From: the human T2T-CHM13v2.0 reference genome, Homo sapiens
Length of the DNA: 64,000 nucleotides
Reading direction: 5' to 3' (one strand)
NCBI RefSeq assembly: GCF_009914755.1
Contig: NC_060929.1
The notes under the pieces were generated by a model. That model did not search any database. It worked only from the letters and a program-made list of their open reading frames with translations, and was not told where the DNA came from. Shown piece by piece: positions 40,081 through 54,099 of the stretch; the stretch's first letter is position 1, and every line of letters begins with the position of its first letter. Made by a program: the position numbers and the translations under genes.

Positions 40081-43000
40081 TTTTTGTGGAATTTGCAAGT
40101 GGAGATTTCAAGCGCTTTGAGGCCAAAGGCAGAAAAGGAAATATCTTCGTATAAAAACTAGACAGAATCATTCTCAGAAACTGCTCTGCGATGTGTGCGT
40201 TCAACTCTCAGAGTTTAACTTTTCTTTTCATTCAGCAGTTTGGAAACACTCTGTTTGTAAAGTCTGCACGTGGATATTTTGACCACTTAGAGGCCTTCGT
40301 TGGAAACGGGTTTTTTTCCTGTAAGGCTAGACAGAAGAATTCCCAGTAACTTCCTTGTGTTGTGTACATTCAACTCACAGAGTTGAACGTTCCCTTAGAC
40401 AGAGCAGATTTGAAACACTCTTTTTGTGCAATTGGCAAGTGGAGATTTCAAGCGCTTTGAGGTCAATGGCAGAAAAGGAAATATCTTCGTTTCAAAACTA
40501 GACAGAATCATTCCCACAAACTGCGTTGTGATGTGTTCGCTCAACTCACAGAGTTTAACCTTTCTTTTCATAGAGCAGTTAGGAAACAGTCTGTTTGTAA
40601 ATTCTGTAAGTGGATATTCTGACATCTTGTGGCCTTCGTTGGAAACGGGATTTCTTCATATTCTGCTAGACAGAAGAATTCTCAGAATCTTCCTTGTGTT
40701 GTGTGTATTCAACTCACAGAGTTGAACGATGGTTTACACAGAGCAGATTTGAAACACTCTTTTTGTGGAATTTTCAAGTGGAGATTTCAGCCGCTTTGAG
40801 GTCAATGGTAGAAAAGGAAATATCTTCGTATAAAAACTAGACAGAATGATTCTCAGAAACTTCTTTGTGATGTATGCGTTCAACTCACAGAGTTTAACCT
40901 TTCTTTTCATAGAGCAGTTAGGAAACACTGTGTTTTTAAACTGTGCAAGTGGATATTCAGACCTCTTTGAGGCCTTCGTTGGAAACGGGATTTCTTCATA
41001 CTGTGCTAGACAGAAGAATTCTCAGTAACTTCCTTGTTTTGTGTGTATTCAACTCACAGAGTTGAACGATCCTTTACACAGAGCAGACTTGAATCACTCT
41101 TTTTGTGGAATTTGCAAGTGGAGATTTCAGCCGCGTTGAGGTCAATGGTAGAAAAGGAAATATCTTCGTATAAAAACTAGACAGAATGATTCTCAGAAAC
41201 TCCTTTGTGATGTGTGTGTTCAACTCACAGAGTTTAACATTTCTTTTCATAGAGCAGTTAGGAAACACTCTGTTTGTAAAGTTTGCAAGTGGATATTCAG
41301 ACCTCTTTGAGGCCTTCGTTGGAAACGGGTTTTTTTCATATAAGGCTAGACAGAAGAATTCCCAGTAACTTCCTTGTGTTGTGTGTGTTCAACTCACAGA
41401 GTTGAACTTTCATTTACACAGAGCAGATTTGAAACTCTCTTTTTGTGGAATTTACAAATGGAGATTTCAAGCGCTTTGAGGCCAAAGGCAGAAAAGGAAA
41501 TATCTTCGTATAAAAACTAGACAGAATCATTCTCAGAAACTGCTCTGCGATGTGTGCGTTCAACTCTCAGAGTTTAACTTTTCTTTTCATTCAGCAGTTT
41601 GGAAACACTCTGTTTGTAAAGTCTGCACGTGCATAATTTGACCACTTAGAGGCCTTCGTTGGAAACAGGTTTTTTTCATGTAAGGCTAGACAGAAGAATT
41701 CTCAGTAACTTCCTTGTGTTGTGTGTATTCAACTCACACAGTTGAACGATCCTTTACAAAGAGCAGACTTGTAACACTCTTTTTGTGGAATTTGCAAGTG
41801 GAGATTTCAGCCGCTTTGAAGTCAAAGGTAGAAAAGGAAATATCTTCCTATAAAAACTAGACAGAATGATTCTCAGAAACTCCTTTGTGATGTGTGCGTT
41901 CAACTCACAGAGTTTAACCTTTCTTTTCATTCACCAGTTTGGAAACACTCTGTTTGTAAAGTCTGCACGTGGATATTTTGACCACTTAGAGGCCTTCGTT
42001 GGAAACGGGTTTTTTTCCTGTAAGGCTAGACAGAAGAATTCCCAGTAACTTCCTTGTGTTGTGTACATTCAACTCACAGAGTTGAACGTTCCCTTAGACA
42101 GAGCAGATTTGAAACACTCTTTTTGTGCAATTGGCAAGTGGAGATTTCAAGCGCTTTGAGGTCAATGGCAGAAAAGGAAATATCTTCGTTTCAAAACTAG
42201 ACAGAATCATTCCCACAAACTGCGTTGTGATGTGTTCGTTCAACTCACAGAGTTTAACCTTTCTTTTCATAGAGCAGTTAGGAAACAGTCTGTTTGTAAA
42301 TTCTGTAAGTGGATATTCTGACATCTTGTGGCCTTCGTTGGAAACGGGATTTCTTCATATTCTGCTAGACAGAAGAATTCTCAGAATCTTCCTTGTGTTG
42401 TGTGTATTCAACTCACAGAGTTGAACGATGGTTTACACAGAGCAGATTTGAAACACTCTTTTGGTGGAATTTGCAAGTGGAGATTTCAGCCGCTTTGAGG
42501 TCAATGGTAGAAAAGGAAATATCTTCGTATAAAAACTAGACAGAATGATTCTCAGAAACTTCTTTGTGATGTGTGCGTTCAACTCATAGAGTTTAACCTT
42601 TCTTTTCATAGAGCAGTTAGGAAACACTCGGTTTGTAAACTCTGCAAGTGGATATTCAGACCTCTTTGAGGCCTTCGTTGGAAACGGGATTTCTTCATAC
42701 TGTGCTAGACAGAAGAATTCTCAGTAACTTCCTTGTGTTGTGTGTATTCAACTCACAGAGTTGAACGATCCTTTACACAGAGCGGACTTGAAACACTCTT
42801 TTTGTGAAATTTGCAAGTGGAGATTTCAGCCGCGTTGAGGTCAATGGTAGAAAAGGAAATATCTTCGTATAAAAACTAGACAGAATGATTCTCAGAAACT
42901 CCTTTGTGATGTGTGTGTTCAACTCACAGAGTTTAACCTTTCTTTTCATAGAGCAGTTAGGAAACACTCTGTTTGTAAAGTCTGCAAGTGGATATTCAGA

Positions 43001-46000
43001 CCTCTTTGAGGCCTTCGTTGGAAACGGGTTTTTTTCATATAAGGCTAGACAGAAGAATTCCCAGTAACTTCCTTGTGTTGTGTGTGTTCAACTCACAGAG
43101 TTGAACTTTCATTTACACAGAGCAGATTTGAAACACTCTTTTTGTATAATTTGCAAATGGAGATTTCAAGCGCTTTGAGGCCAAAGGCAGAAAAGGAAAT
43201 ATCTTCTTATAAAAACTAGACAGAATCATTCTCAGAAACTGCTCTGCGATGTGTGCGTTCAACTCTCAGAGTTTAACTTTTCTTTTCATTCAGCAGTTTG
43301 GAAACACTCTGTTTGTAAAGTCTGCACGTGGATAATTTGACCACTTAGAGGCCTTCGTTGGAAACGGGTTTTTTTCATGTAAGGCTAGACAGAAGAATTC
43401 TCAGTAACTTCCTTGTGTTGTGTGTATTCAACTCACAGAGTTGAACGATCCTTTACACAGAGCAGACTTGTAACACTCTTTTTGTGGAATTTGCAAGTGG
43501 AGATTTCAGCCGCTTTGAAGTCAAAGGTAGAAAAGGAAATATCTTCCTATAAAAACTAGACAGAATGATTCTCAGAAACTCCTTTGTGATGTGTGCGTTC
43601 AACTCACAGAGTTTAACCTTTCTTTTCATTCACCAGTTTGGAAACACTCTGTTTGTAAAGTCTGCACGTGGATATTTTGACCACTTAGAGGCCTTCGTTG
43701 GAAACGGGTTTTTTTCCTGTAAGGCTAGACAGAAGAATTCCCAGTAACTTCCTTGTGTTGTGTACATTCAACTCACAGAGTTGAACGTTCCCTTAGACAG
43801 AGCAGATTTGAAACACTCTTTTTGTGCAATTGGCAAGTGGAGATTTCAAGCGCTTTGAGGTCAATGGCAGAAAAGGAAATATCTTCGTTTCAAAACTAGA
43901 CAGAATCATTCCCACAAACTGCGTTGTGATGTGTTCGTTCAACTCACAGAGTTTAACCTTTCTTTTCATAGAGCAGTTAGGAAACAGTCTGTTTGTAAAT
44001 TCTGTAAGTGGATATTCTGACATCTTGTGGCCTTCGTTGGAAACGGGATTTCTTCATATTCTGCTAGACAGAAGAATTCTCAGAATCTTCCTTGTGTTGT
44101 GTGTATTCAACTCACAGAGTTGAACGATGGTTTACACAGAGCAGATTTGAAACACTCTTTTGGTGGAATTTGCAAGTGGAGATTTCAGCCGCTTTGAGGT
44201 CAATGGTAGAAAAGGAAATATCTTCGTATAAAAACTAGACAGAATGATTCTCAGAAACTTCTTTGTGATGTGTGCGTTCAACTCATAGAGTTTAACCTTT
44301 CTTTTCATAGAGCAGTTAGGAAACACTCGGTTTGTAAACTCTGCAAGTGGATATTCAGACCTCTTTGAGGCCTTCGTTGGAAACGGGATTTCTTCATACT
44401 GTGCTAGACAGAAGAATTCTCAGTAACTTCCTTGTGTTGTGTGTATTCAACTCACAGAGTTGAACGATCCTTTACACAGAGCGGACTTGAAACACTCTTT
44501 TTGTGAAATTTGCAAGTGGAGATTTCAGCCGCGTTGAGGTCAATGGTAGAAAAGGAAATATCTTCGTATAAAAACTAGACAGAATGATTCTCAGAAACTC
44601 CTTTGTGATGTGTGTGTTCAACTCACAGAGTTTAACCTTTCTTTTCATAGAGCAGTTAGGAAACACTCTGTTTGTAAAGTCTGCAAGTGGATATTCAGAC
44701 CTCTTTGAGGCCTTCGTTGGAAACGGGTTTTTTTCATATAAGGCTAGACAGAAGAATTCCCAGTAACTTCCTTGTGTTGTGTGTGTTCAACTCACAGAGT
44801 TGAACTTTCATTTACACAGAGCAGATTTGAAACACTCTTTTTGTATAATTTGCAAATGGAGATTTCAAGCGCTTTGAGGCCAAAGGCAGAAAAGGAAATA
44901 TCTTCTTATAAAAACTAGACAGAATCATTCTCAGAAACTGCTCTGCGATGTGTGCGTTCAACTCTCAGAGTTTAACTTTTCTTTTCATTCAGCAGTTTGG
45001 AAACACTCTGTTTGTAAAGTCTGCACGTGGATAATTTGACCACTTAGAGGCCTTCGTTGGAAACGGGTTTTTTTCATGTAAGGCTAGACAGAAGAATTCT
45101 CAGTAACTTCCTTGTGTTGTGTGTATTCAACTCACAGAGTTGAACGATCCTTTACACAGAGCAGACTTGTAACACTCTTTTTGTGGAATTTGCAAGTGGA
45201 GATTTCAGCCGCTTTGAAGTCAAAGGTAGAAAAGGAAATATCTTCCTATAAAAACTAGACAGAATGATTCTCAGAAACTCCTTTGTGATGTGTGCGTTCA
45301 ACTCACAGAGTTTAACCTTTCTTTTCATAGAGCAGTTAGGAAACACTCTGTTTGTAAATCTGCAAGTGGATATTCAGACCTCTTTGAGGCCTTCGTTGGA
45401 AACGGGTTTTTTTCATATAAGGCTAGACAGAAGAATTCCCAGTAACTTCCTTGTGTTGTGTGTGTTCAACTCACAGAGTTGAACTTTCATTTACACAGAG
45501 CAGATTTGAAACACTCTTTTTGTGGAATTTGCAAGTGGAGATTTCAAGCGCTTTGAGGCTAAAGGCAGAAAAGGAAATATCTTCGTATAAAAACTAGGCA
45601 GAATCATTCTCAGAAACTGCTCTGCGATGTGTGCGTTCAACTCTCAGAGTTTAACTTTTCTTTTCATTCAGCAGTTTGGAAACACACTGTTTGTAAAGTC
45701 TGCACGTGGATATTTTGACCACTTAGAGGCCTTCGTTGGAAACGGGTTTTTTTCCTGTAAGGCTAGACAGAAGAATTCCCAGTAACTTCCTTGTGTTGTG
45801 TACATTCAACTCACAGAGTTGAACGTTCCCTTAGACAGAGCAGATTTGAAAAACTCTTTTTGTGCAATTGGCAAGTGGAGATTTCAAGCGCTTTAAGGTC
45901 AATGGCAGAAAAGGAAATATCTTCGTTTCAAAACTAGACAGAATCATTCCCACAAACTGCGTTGTGATGTGTTCGTTCAACTCACAGAGTTTAACCTTTC

Positions 46001-49000
46001 TTTTCATAGAGCAGTTAGGAACCAGTCTGTTTGTAAATTCTGTAAGTGGATATTCTGACATCTTGTGACCTTCGTTGGAAACGGGATTTCTTCATATTCT
46101 GCTAGACAGAAGAATTCTCAGAATCTTCCTTGTGTTGTGTGTATTCAACGCACAGAGTTGAACGATGGTTTACACAGAGCAGATTTGAAACACTCTTTTT
46201 GTGGAATTTGCAAGTGGAGATTTCAGCCGCTTTGAGGTCAATGGTAGAAAAGGAAATATCTTCGTATAAAAACTAGACAGAATGATTCTCAGAAACTTCT
46301 TTGTCATGTGTGCGTTCAACTCACAGAGTTTAACCTTTCTTTTCATAGAGCAGTTAGGAAACACTCTGTTTGTAAACTCTGCAAGTGGATATTCAGACCT
46401 CTTTGAGGCCTTCGTTGGAAACGGGATTTCTTCATACTGTGCTAGACAGAAGAATTCTCAGTAACTTCCTTGTGTTGTGTGTATTCAACTCACAGAGTTG
46501 AACGATCCTTTACACAGAGCAGACTTGAAACACTCTTTTTGTGGAATTTGCAAGTGGAGATTTCAGCCGCGTTGAGGTCAATGGTAGAAAAGGAAATATC
46601 TTCGTATAAAAACTAGACAGAATGATTCTCAGAAACTTCTTTGTGATGTGTGTGTTCAACTCACAGAGTTTAACCTTTCTTTTCATAGAGCAGTTAGGAA
46701 ACACTCTGTTTGTAAAGTCTGCAAGTGGATATTCAGACCTCTTTGAGGCCTTCGTTGGAAACGGGTTTTTTTCATATAAGGCTAGACAGAAGAATTCCCA
46801 GTAACTTCCTTTTGTTGTGTGTGTTCAAGTCACAGAGATGAACTCTCATTTACACAGAGCAGATTTGAAACTCTCTTTTTGTGGAATTTGCAAATGGAGA
46901 TTTCAAGCGCTTTGAGGCCAAAGGCAGAAAAGGAAATATCTTCCTATAAAAACTAGACAGAATCATTCTCAGAAACTGCTCTGCGATGTGTGCGTTCAAC
47001 TCTCAGAGTTTAACTTTTCTTTTCATTCAGCAGTTTGGAAACACTCTGTTTGTAAAGTCTGCACGTGCATAATTTGACCACTTAGAGGCCTTCGTTGGAA
47101 ACAGGTTTTTTTCATGTAAGGCTAGACAGAAGAATTCTCAGTAACTTCCTTGTGTTGTGTGTATTCAACTCACACAGATGAACGATCCTTTACACAGAGC
47201 AGACTTGTAACACTCTTTTTGTGGAATTTGCAAGTGGAGATTTCAGCCGCTTTGAAGTCAAAGGTAGAAAAGGAAATATCTTCCTATAAAAACAAGACAG
47301 AATCATTCTCAGAAACTGCTCTGCGATGTGTGCGTTCAACTCTCAGAGTTTAACTTTTCTTTTCATTCAGCAGTTTGGAAACACTCTGTTTGTAAAGTCT
47401 GCACGTGGATATTTTGACCACTTAGAGGCCTTCGTTGGAAACGGGTTTTTTTCCTGTAAGGCTAGACAGAAGAATTCCCAGTAACTTCCTTGTGTTGTGT
47501 ACATTCAACTCACAGAGTTGAACGTTTCCTTAGACAGAGCAGATTTGAAACACTCTTTTTGTGCAATTGGCAAGTGGAGATTTCAAGCGCTTTGAGGTCA
47601 ATGGCAGAAAAGGAAATATCTTCGTTTCAAAACTAGACAAAATCATTCCCACAAACTGCGTTGTGATGTGTTCGTTCAACTCACAGAGTTTAACCTTTCT
47701 TTTCATAGAACAGTTAGGAAACAGTCTGTTTGTAAATTCTGTAAGTGGATATTCTGATATCTTTTGGCCTTCGTTGGAAACGGGATTTCTTCATATTCTG
47801 CTAGACAGAAAAATTCTCAGAATCTTCCTTGTGTTGTGTGTATTCAACTCACAGAGTTGAACGATCCTTTACACAGAGCAGATTTGAAACACTCTTTTTG
47901 TGGAATTTGCAAGTGGAGATTTCAAGCGCTTTGAGGCTAAAGGCAGAAAAGGAAATATCTTCGTATAACAACTAGACAGAATCATTCTCAGAAACTGCTC
48001 TGCGATGTGTGCGTTCAACTCTCAGAGTTTAACTTTTCTTTTCATTCAGCAGTTTGGAAACACTCTGTTTGTAAAGTCTGCACGTGGATAATTTGACCAC
48101 TTAGAGGCCTTCGTTGGAAACGGGTTTTTTTCATGTAAGGCTAGACAGAAGAATTCTCAGTAACTTCCTTGTGTTGTGTGTATTCAACTCACAGAGTTGA
48201 ACGATCCTTTACACAGAGCAGACTTGTAACACACTTTTTGTGGAATTTGCAAGTGGAGATTTCAGCCGCTTTGAAGTCAAAGGTAGAAAAGGAAATATCT
48301 TCCTATAAAAACTAGACAGAATGATTCTCAGAAACTCCTTTGTAATGTGTGCGTTCAACTCACAGAGTTTAACGTTTCTTTTCATAGAGCAGTTAGGAAA
48401 CACTCTGTTTGTAAAGTCTGCAAGTGGATATTCAGACCTCTTTGAGGCCTTCGTTGGAAACGGGTTTTTTTCATATAAGGCTAGACAGAAGAATTCCCAG
48501 TAACTTCCTTTTGTTGTGTGTGTTCAAGTCACAGAGATGAACTCTCATTTACACAGAGCAGATTTGAAACTCTCTTTTTGTGGAATTTGCAAATGGAGAT
48601 TTCAAGCGCTTTGAGGCCAAAGGCAGAAAAGGAAATATCTTCCTATAAAAACTAGACAGAATCATTCTCAGAAACTGCTCTGCGATGTGTGCGTTCAACT
48701 CTCAGAGTTTAACTTTTCTTTTCATTCAGCAGTTTGGAAACACTCTGTTTGTAAAGTCTGCACGTGCATAATTTGACCACTTAGAGGCCTTCGTTGGAAA
48801 CAGGTTTTTTTCATGTAAGGCTAGACAGAAGAATTCTCAGTAACTTCCTTGTGTTGTGTGTATTCAACTCACACAGATGAACGATCCTTTACACAGAGCA
48901 GACTTGTAACACTCTTTTTGTGGAATTTGCAAGTGGAGATTTCAGCCGCTTTGAAGTCAAAGGTAGAAAAGGAAATATCTTCCTATAAAAACAAGACAGA

Positions 49001-51480
49001 ATCATTCTCAGAAACTGCTCTGCGATGTGTGCGTTCAACTCTCAGAGTTTAACTTTTCTTTTCATTCAGCAGTTTGGAAACACTCTGTTTGTAAAGTCTG
49101 CACGTGGATATTTTGACCACTTAGAGGCCTTCGTTGGAAACGGGTTTTTTTCCTGTAAGGCTAGACAGAAGAATTCCCAGTAACTTCCTTGTGTTGTGTA
49201 CATTCAACTCACAGAGTTGAACGTTTCCTTAGACAGAGCAGATTTGAAACACTCTTTTTGTGCAATTGGCAAGTGGAGATTTCAAGCGCTTTGAGGTCAA
49301 TGGCAGAAAAGGAAATATCTTCGTTTCAAAACTAGACAAAATCATTCCCACAAACTGCGTTGTGATGTGTTCGTTCAACTCACAGAGTTTAACCTTTCTT
49401 TTCATAGAACAGTTAGGAAACAGTCTGTTTGTAAATTCTGTAAGTGGATATTCTGATATCTTTTGGCCTTCGTTGGAAACGGGATTTCTTCATATTCTGC
49501 TAGACAGAAAAATTCTCAGAATCTTCCTTGTGTTGTGTGTATTCAACTCACAGAGTTGAACGATCCTTTACACAGAGCAGATTTGAAACACTCTTTTTGT
49601 GGAATTTGCAAGTGGAGATTTCAAGCGCTTTGAGGCTAAAGGCAGAAAAGGAAATATCTTCGTATAACAACTAGACAGAATCATTCTCAGAAACTGCTCT
49701 GCGATGTGTGCGTTCAACTCTCAGAGTTTAACTTTTCTTTTCATTCAGCAGTTTGGAAACACTCTGTTTGTAAAGTCTGCACGTGGATAATTTGACCACT
49801 TAGAGGCCTTCGTTGGAAACGGGTTTTTTTCATGTAAGGCTAGACAGAAGAATTCTCAGTAACTTCCTTGTGTTGTGTGTATTCAACTCACAGAGTTGAA
49901 CGATCCTTTACACAGAGCAGACTTGTAACACACTTTTTGTGGAATTTGCAAGTGGAGATTTCAGCCGCTTTGAAGTCAAAGGTAGAAAAGGAAATATCTT
50001 CCTATAAAAACTAGACAGAATGATTCTCAGAAACTCCTTTGTAATGTGTGCGTTCAACTCACAGAGTTTAACGTTTCTTTTCATAGAGCAGTTAGGAAAC
50101 ACTCTGTTTGTAAAGTCTGCAAGTGGATATTCAGACCTCTTTGAGGCCTTCGTTGGAAACGGGTTTTTTTCATATAAGGCTAGACAGAAGAATTCCCAGT
50201 AACTTCCTTGTGTTGTGTGTGTTCAACTCACAGAGTTGAACTTTCATTTACACAGAGCAGATTTGAAACACTCTTTTTGTGGAATTTGCAAGTGGAGATT
50301 TCAAGCGCTTTGAGGCTAAAGGCAGAAAAGGAAATATCTTCGTATAAAAACTAGACAGAATCATTCTCAGAAACTGCTCTGCGATGTGTGCGTTCAACTC
50401 TCAGAGTTTAACTTTTCTTTTCATTCAGCAGTTTGGAAACACTCTGTTTTTAAAGTCTGCACGTGGATATTTTGACCACTTAGAGGCCTTCGTTGGAAAC
50501 GGGTTTTTTTCCTGTAAGGCTAGACAGAAGAATTCCCAGTAACTTCCTTGTGTTGTGTACATTCAACTCACAGAGTTGAACGTTCCCTTAAACAGAGCAG
50601 ATTTGAAACACTCTTTTTGTGCAATTGGCAAGTGGAGATTTCAAGCGCTTTGAGGTCAATGGCAGAAAAGGAAATATCTTCGTTTCAAAACTAGACAGAA
50701 TCATTCCCACAAACTGCGTTGTGATGTGTTCGTTCAACTCACAGAGTTTAACCTTTCTTTTCATAGAGCAGTTAGGAAACAGTCTGTTTGTAAATTCTGT
50801 AAATGGATATTCTGACATCTTGTGGCCTTCGTTGGAAACTGGATTTCTTCATACTATGCTAGACAGAAGAATTCTCAGTAACTTCCTTGTGTTGTGTGTA
50901 TTCAACACACAGAGTTGAACGATCCTTTACACAGAGCAGACTTGAAACACTCTTTTTGTGGAATTTGCAAGTGGAGATTTCAGCCGCTTTGAGGTCAATG
51001 GTAGAAAAGGAAGTATCTTCGTATAAAAACCAGACAGAATGATTCTCAGAAACTCCTTTGTGATGTGTGTGTTCAACTCACAGAGTTTAACCTTTCTTTT
51101 CATAGAGCAGTTAGGAAACACTCTGTTTGTAAAGTCTGCAAGTGGATATTGAGACCTCTTTGAGGCCTTCGTTGGAAACGGGTTTTTTTCATATAAGGCT
51201 AGACAGAAGAATTCCCAGTAACTTCCTTGTGTTGTGTGTGTTCAACTCACAGAGTTGAACTTTCATTTACACAGAGCAGATTTGAAACACTCTTTTTGTG
51301 GAATTTGCAAGTGGAGATTTCAAGCGCTTTGAGGCCAAAGGCAGAAAAGGATATATCTTCGTATAAAAACTAGACAGAATCATTCTCAGAAAATGCTCTG
51401 CGATGTGTGCGTTCAACTCTCAGAGTTTAACTTTTCTTTTCATTCAGCAGTTTGGAAACACTCTGTTTGTAAAGTCTGCA
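40081..51480 (+). repeat. Copy 2 of the large segment, with an extra internal 1699-bp tandem copy
   Basis: Line-by-line match to 1-8420 at offset 40,080; the ORF track repeats exactly (315 to 40395, 8129 to 48209, 8809 to 50588). Confidence 0.95.
46810..50207 (+). repeat. Tandem duplication of a 1699-bp 10-monomer unit
   Basis: TTCAAGTC, AACAAGAC, ACGTTTCC, TGATATCTTTT, GTATAACA and GTAATGTG all repeat at +1699. Confidence 0.94.
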
Positions 51481-54099
51481 CGTGGATAATTTGATCACTT
51501 AGAGGCCTTCGTTGGAAACGGCTTTTTTTCATGTAAGGCTAGACAGAAGAATTCTCAGTAACTTCCTTGTGTTGTGTGTATTCAACTCACAGAGTTGAAC
51601 GATCCTTTACACAGAGCAGACTTGTAACACTCTTTTTGTGGAATTTGCAAGTGGAGATTTCAGCCGCTTTGAAGTCAAAGGTAGAAAAGGAAATATCTTC
51701 CTATAAAAAATAGACAGAATGATTCTCAGAAACTCCTTTGTGATGTGTGCGTTCAACTCACAGAGTTTAACCTTTCTTTTCATAGAGCAGTTAGGAAACA
51801 CTCTCCTTGTAAAGTCTGCAAGTGGATATTCAGCCCTCTTTGAGGCCTTCGTTGGAAACGGGTTTTTTTCATATAAGGCTAGACAGAAGAATTCCCAGTA
51901 ACTTCCTTGTGTTGTGTACATTCAACTCACAGAGTTGAACGTTCCCTTAGACAGAGCAGATTTGAAACACTCTTTTTGTGCAATTGGCAAGTGGAGATTT
52001 CAAGCGCTTTAAGGTCAATGGCAGAAAAGGAAATATCTTCGTTTCAAAACTAGACAGAATCATTCCCACAAACTGCGTTGTGATGTGTTCGTTCAACTCA
52101 CAGAGTTTAACCTTTCTTTTCATAGAGCAGTTAGGAAACAGTCTGTTTGAAAATTCTGTAAGTGGATATTCTGACATCTTGTGGCCTTCGTTGGAAACGG
52201 GATTTCTTCATATTCTGCTAGACAGAAGAATTCTCAGAATCTTCCTTGTGTTGTGTGTATTCAACTCACACGGTTGAACGATCCTTTACACAGAGCAGAT
52301 TTGAAACACTCATTTGGTGGAATTTGCAAGTGGAGATTTCAGCCGCTTTGAGGTCAATGGTAGAAAAGGAAATATCTTCGTATAACAACTAGACAGAATG
52401 ATTCTCAGAAACTTCTTTGTGATGTGTGCGTTCAACTCACAGTGTTTAACCTTTCTTTTCATAGAGCAGTTAGGAAACACTCTGTTTGTAAACTCTGCAA
52501 GTGGATATTCAGACCTCTTTGAGGCCTTCGTTGGAAACGGGATTTCTTCATACTGTGCTAGACAGAAGAATTCTCAGTAACTTCCTTGTGTTGTGTGTAT
52601 TCAACTCACGGAGTTGAACGATCGTTTACACAGAGCAGACTTGAAACACTCTTTTTGTGGAATTTGCAAGTGGAGATTTCAGCCGCGTTGAGGTCAATGG
52701 TAGAAAAGGAAATATCTTCGTATAAAAACTAGACAGAATGATTCTCAGAAACTCCTTTGTGATGTGTGTGTTCAACTCACAGAGTTTAACCTTTCTTTTC
52801 ATAGAGCAGTTAGGAATCACTCTGTTTGTAAAGTCTGCAAGTGGATATTCAGACCTCTTTGAGACCTTCGTTGGAAACGGGTTTTTTTCATATAAGGCTA
52901 GACAGAAGAATTCCCAGTAACTTCCTTGTGTTGTGTGTGTTCAACTCACAGAGTTGAACTTTCATTTACACAGAGCAGATTTGAAACTCTCTTTTTGTGG
53001 AATTTGCAATTGGAGATTTCAAGCGCTTTGAGGCCAAAGGCAGAAAAGGAAATATCTTCGTATAAAAACTAGACAGAATCATTCTCAGAAACTGCTCTGC
53101 GATGTGTGCGTTCAACTCTCAGAGTTTAACTTTGCTTTTCATTCAGCAGTTTGGAAACACTCTGTTTGTAAAGTCTGCACGTGGATAATTTGACCACTTA
53201 GAGGCCTTCGTTGGAAACGGGTTTTTTTCATGTAAGGCTAGACAGAAGAATTCTCAGTAACTTCCTTGTGTTGTGTGTATTCAACTCACACAGTTGAACG
53301 ATCCTTTACACAGAGCAGACTTGTAACACTCTTTTTGTGGAATTTGCAAGTGGAGATTTCAGCCGCTTTGAAGTCAAAGGTAGAAAAGGAAATATCTTCC
53401 TATAAAAACTAGACAGAATGATTCTCAGAAACTCCTTTGTGATGTGTGCGTTCAACTCACAGAGTTTAACCTTTCTTTTCATAGAGCAGTTAGGAAACAC
53501 TCTGTTTGTAAAGTCTCCAAGTGGATATTCAGACCTCTTTGAGGCCTTCGTTGGAAACGGGTTTTTTTCATATAAGGCTAGACAGAAGAATTCCCAGTAA
53601 CTTCCTTCTGTTGTGTGTGTTCAACTCACAGAGTTGAACTTTGATTTACACAGAGCAGATTTGAAACACTCTTTTTGTGGAATTTGCAAGTGGAGATTTC
53701 AAGCGCTTTGAGGCCAAAGGCAGAAAAGGAAATATCTTCGTATAAAAACTAGACAGAATCATTCTCAGAAACTGCTCTGCGATGTGTGCGTTCAACTCTC
53801 AGAGTTTAACTTTTCTTTTCATTCAGCAGTTTGGAAACACTCTGTTTGTAAAGTCTGCACGTGGATAATTTGACCACTTAGAGGCCTTCGTTGGAAACGG
53901 GTTTTTTTCATGTAAGGCTAGACAGAAGAATTCTCAGTAACTTCCTTGTGTTGTGTGTATTCAACTCACAGAGTTGAACGATCCTTTACACAGAGCAGAC
54001 TTGTAACACTCTTTTTGTGGAATTTGCAAGTGGAGATTTCAGCCGCTTTGAAGTCAAAGGTAGAAAAGGAAATATCTTCCTATAAAAACTAGACAGAAT

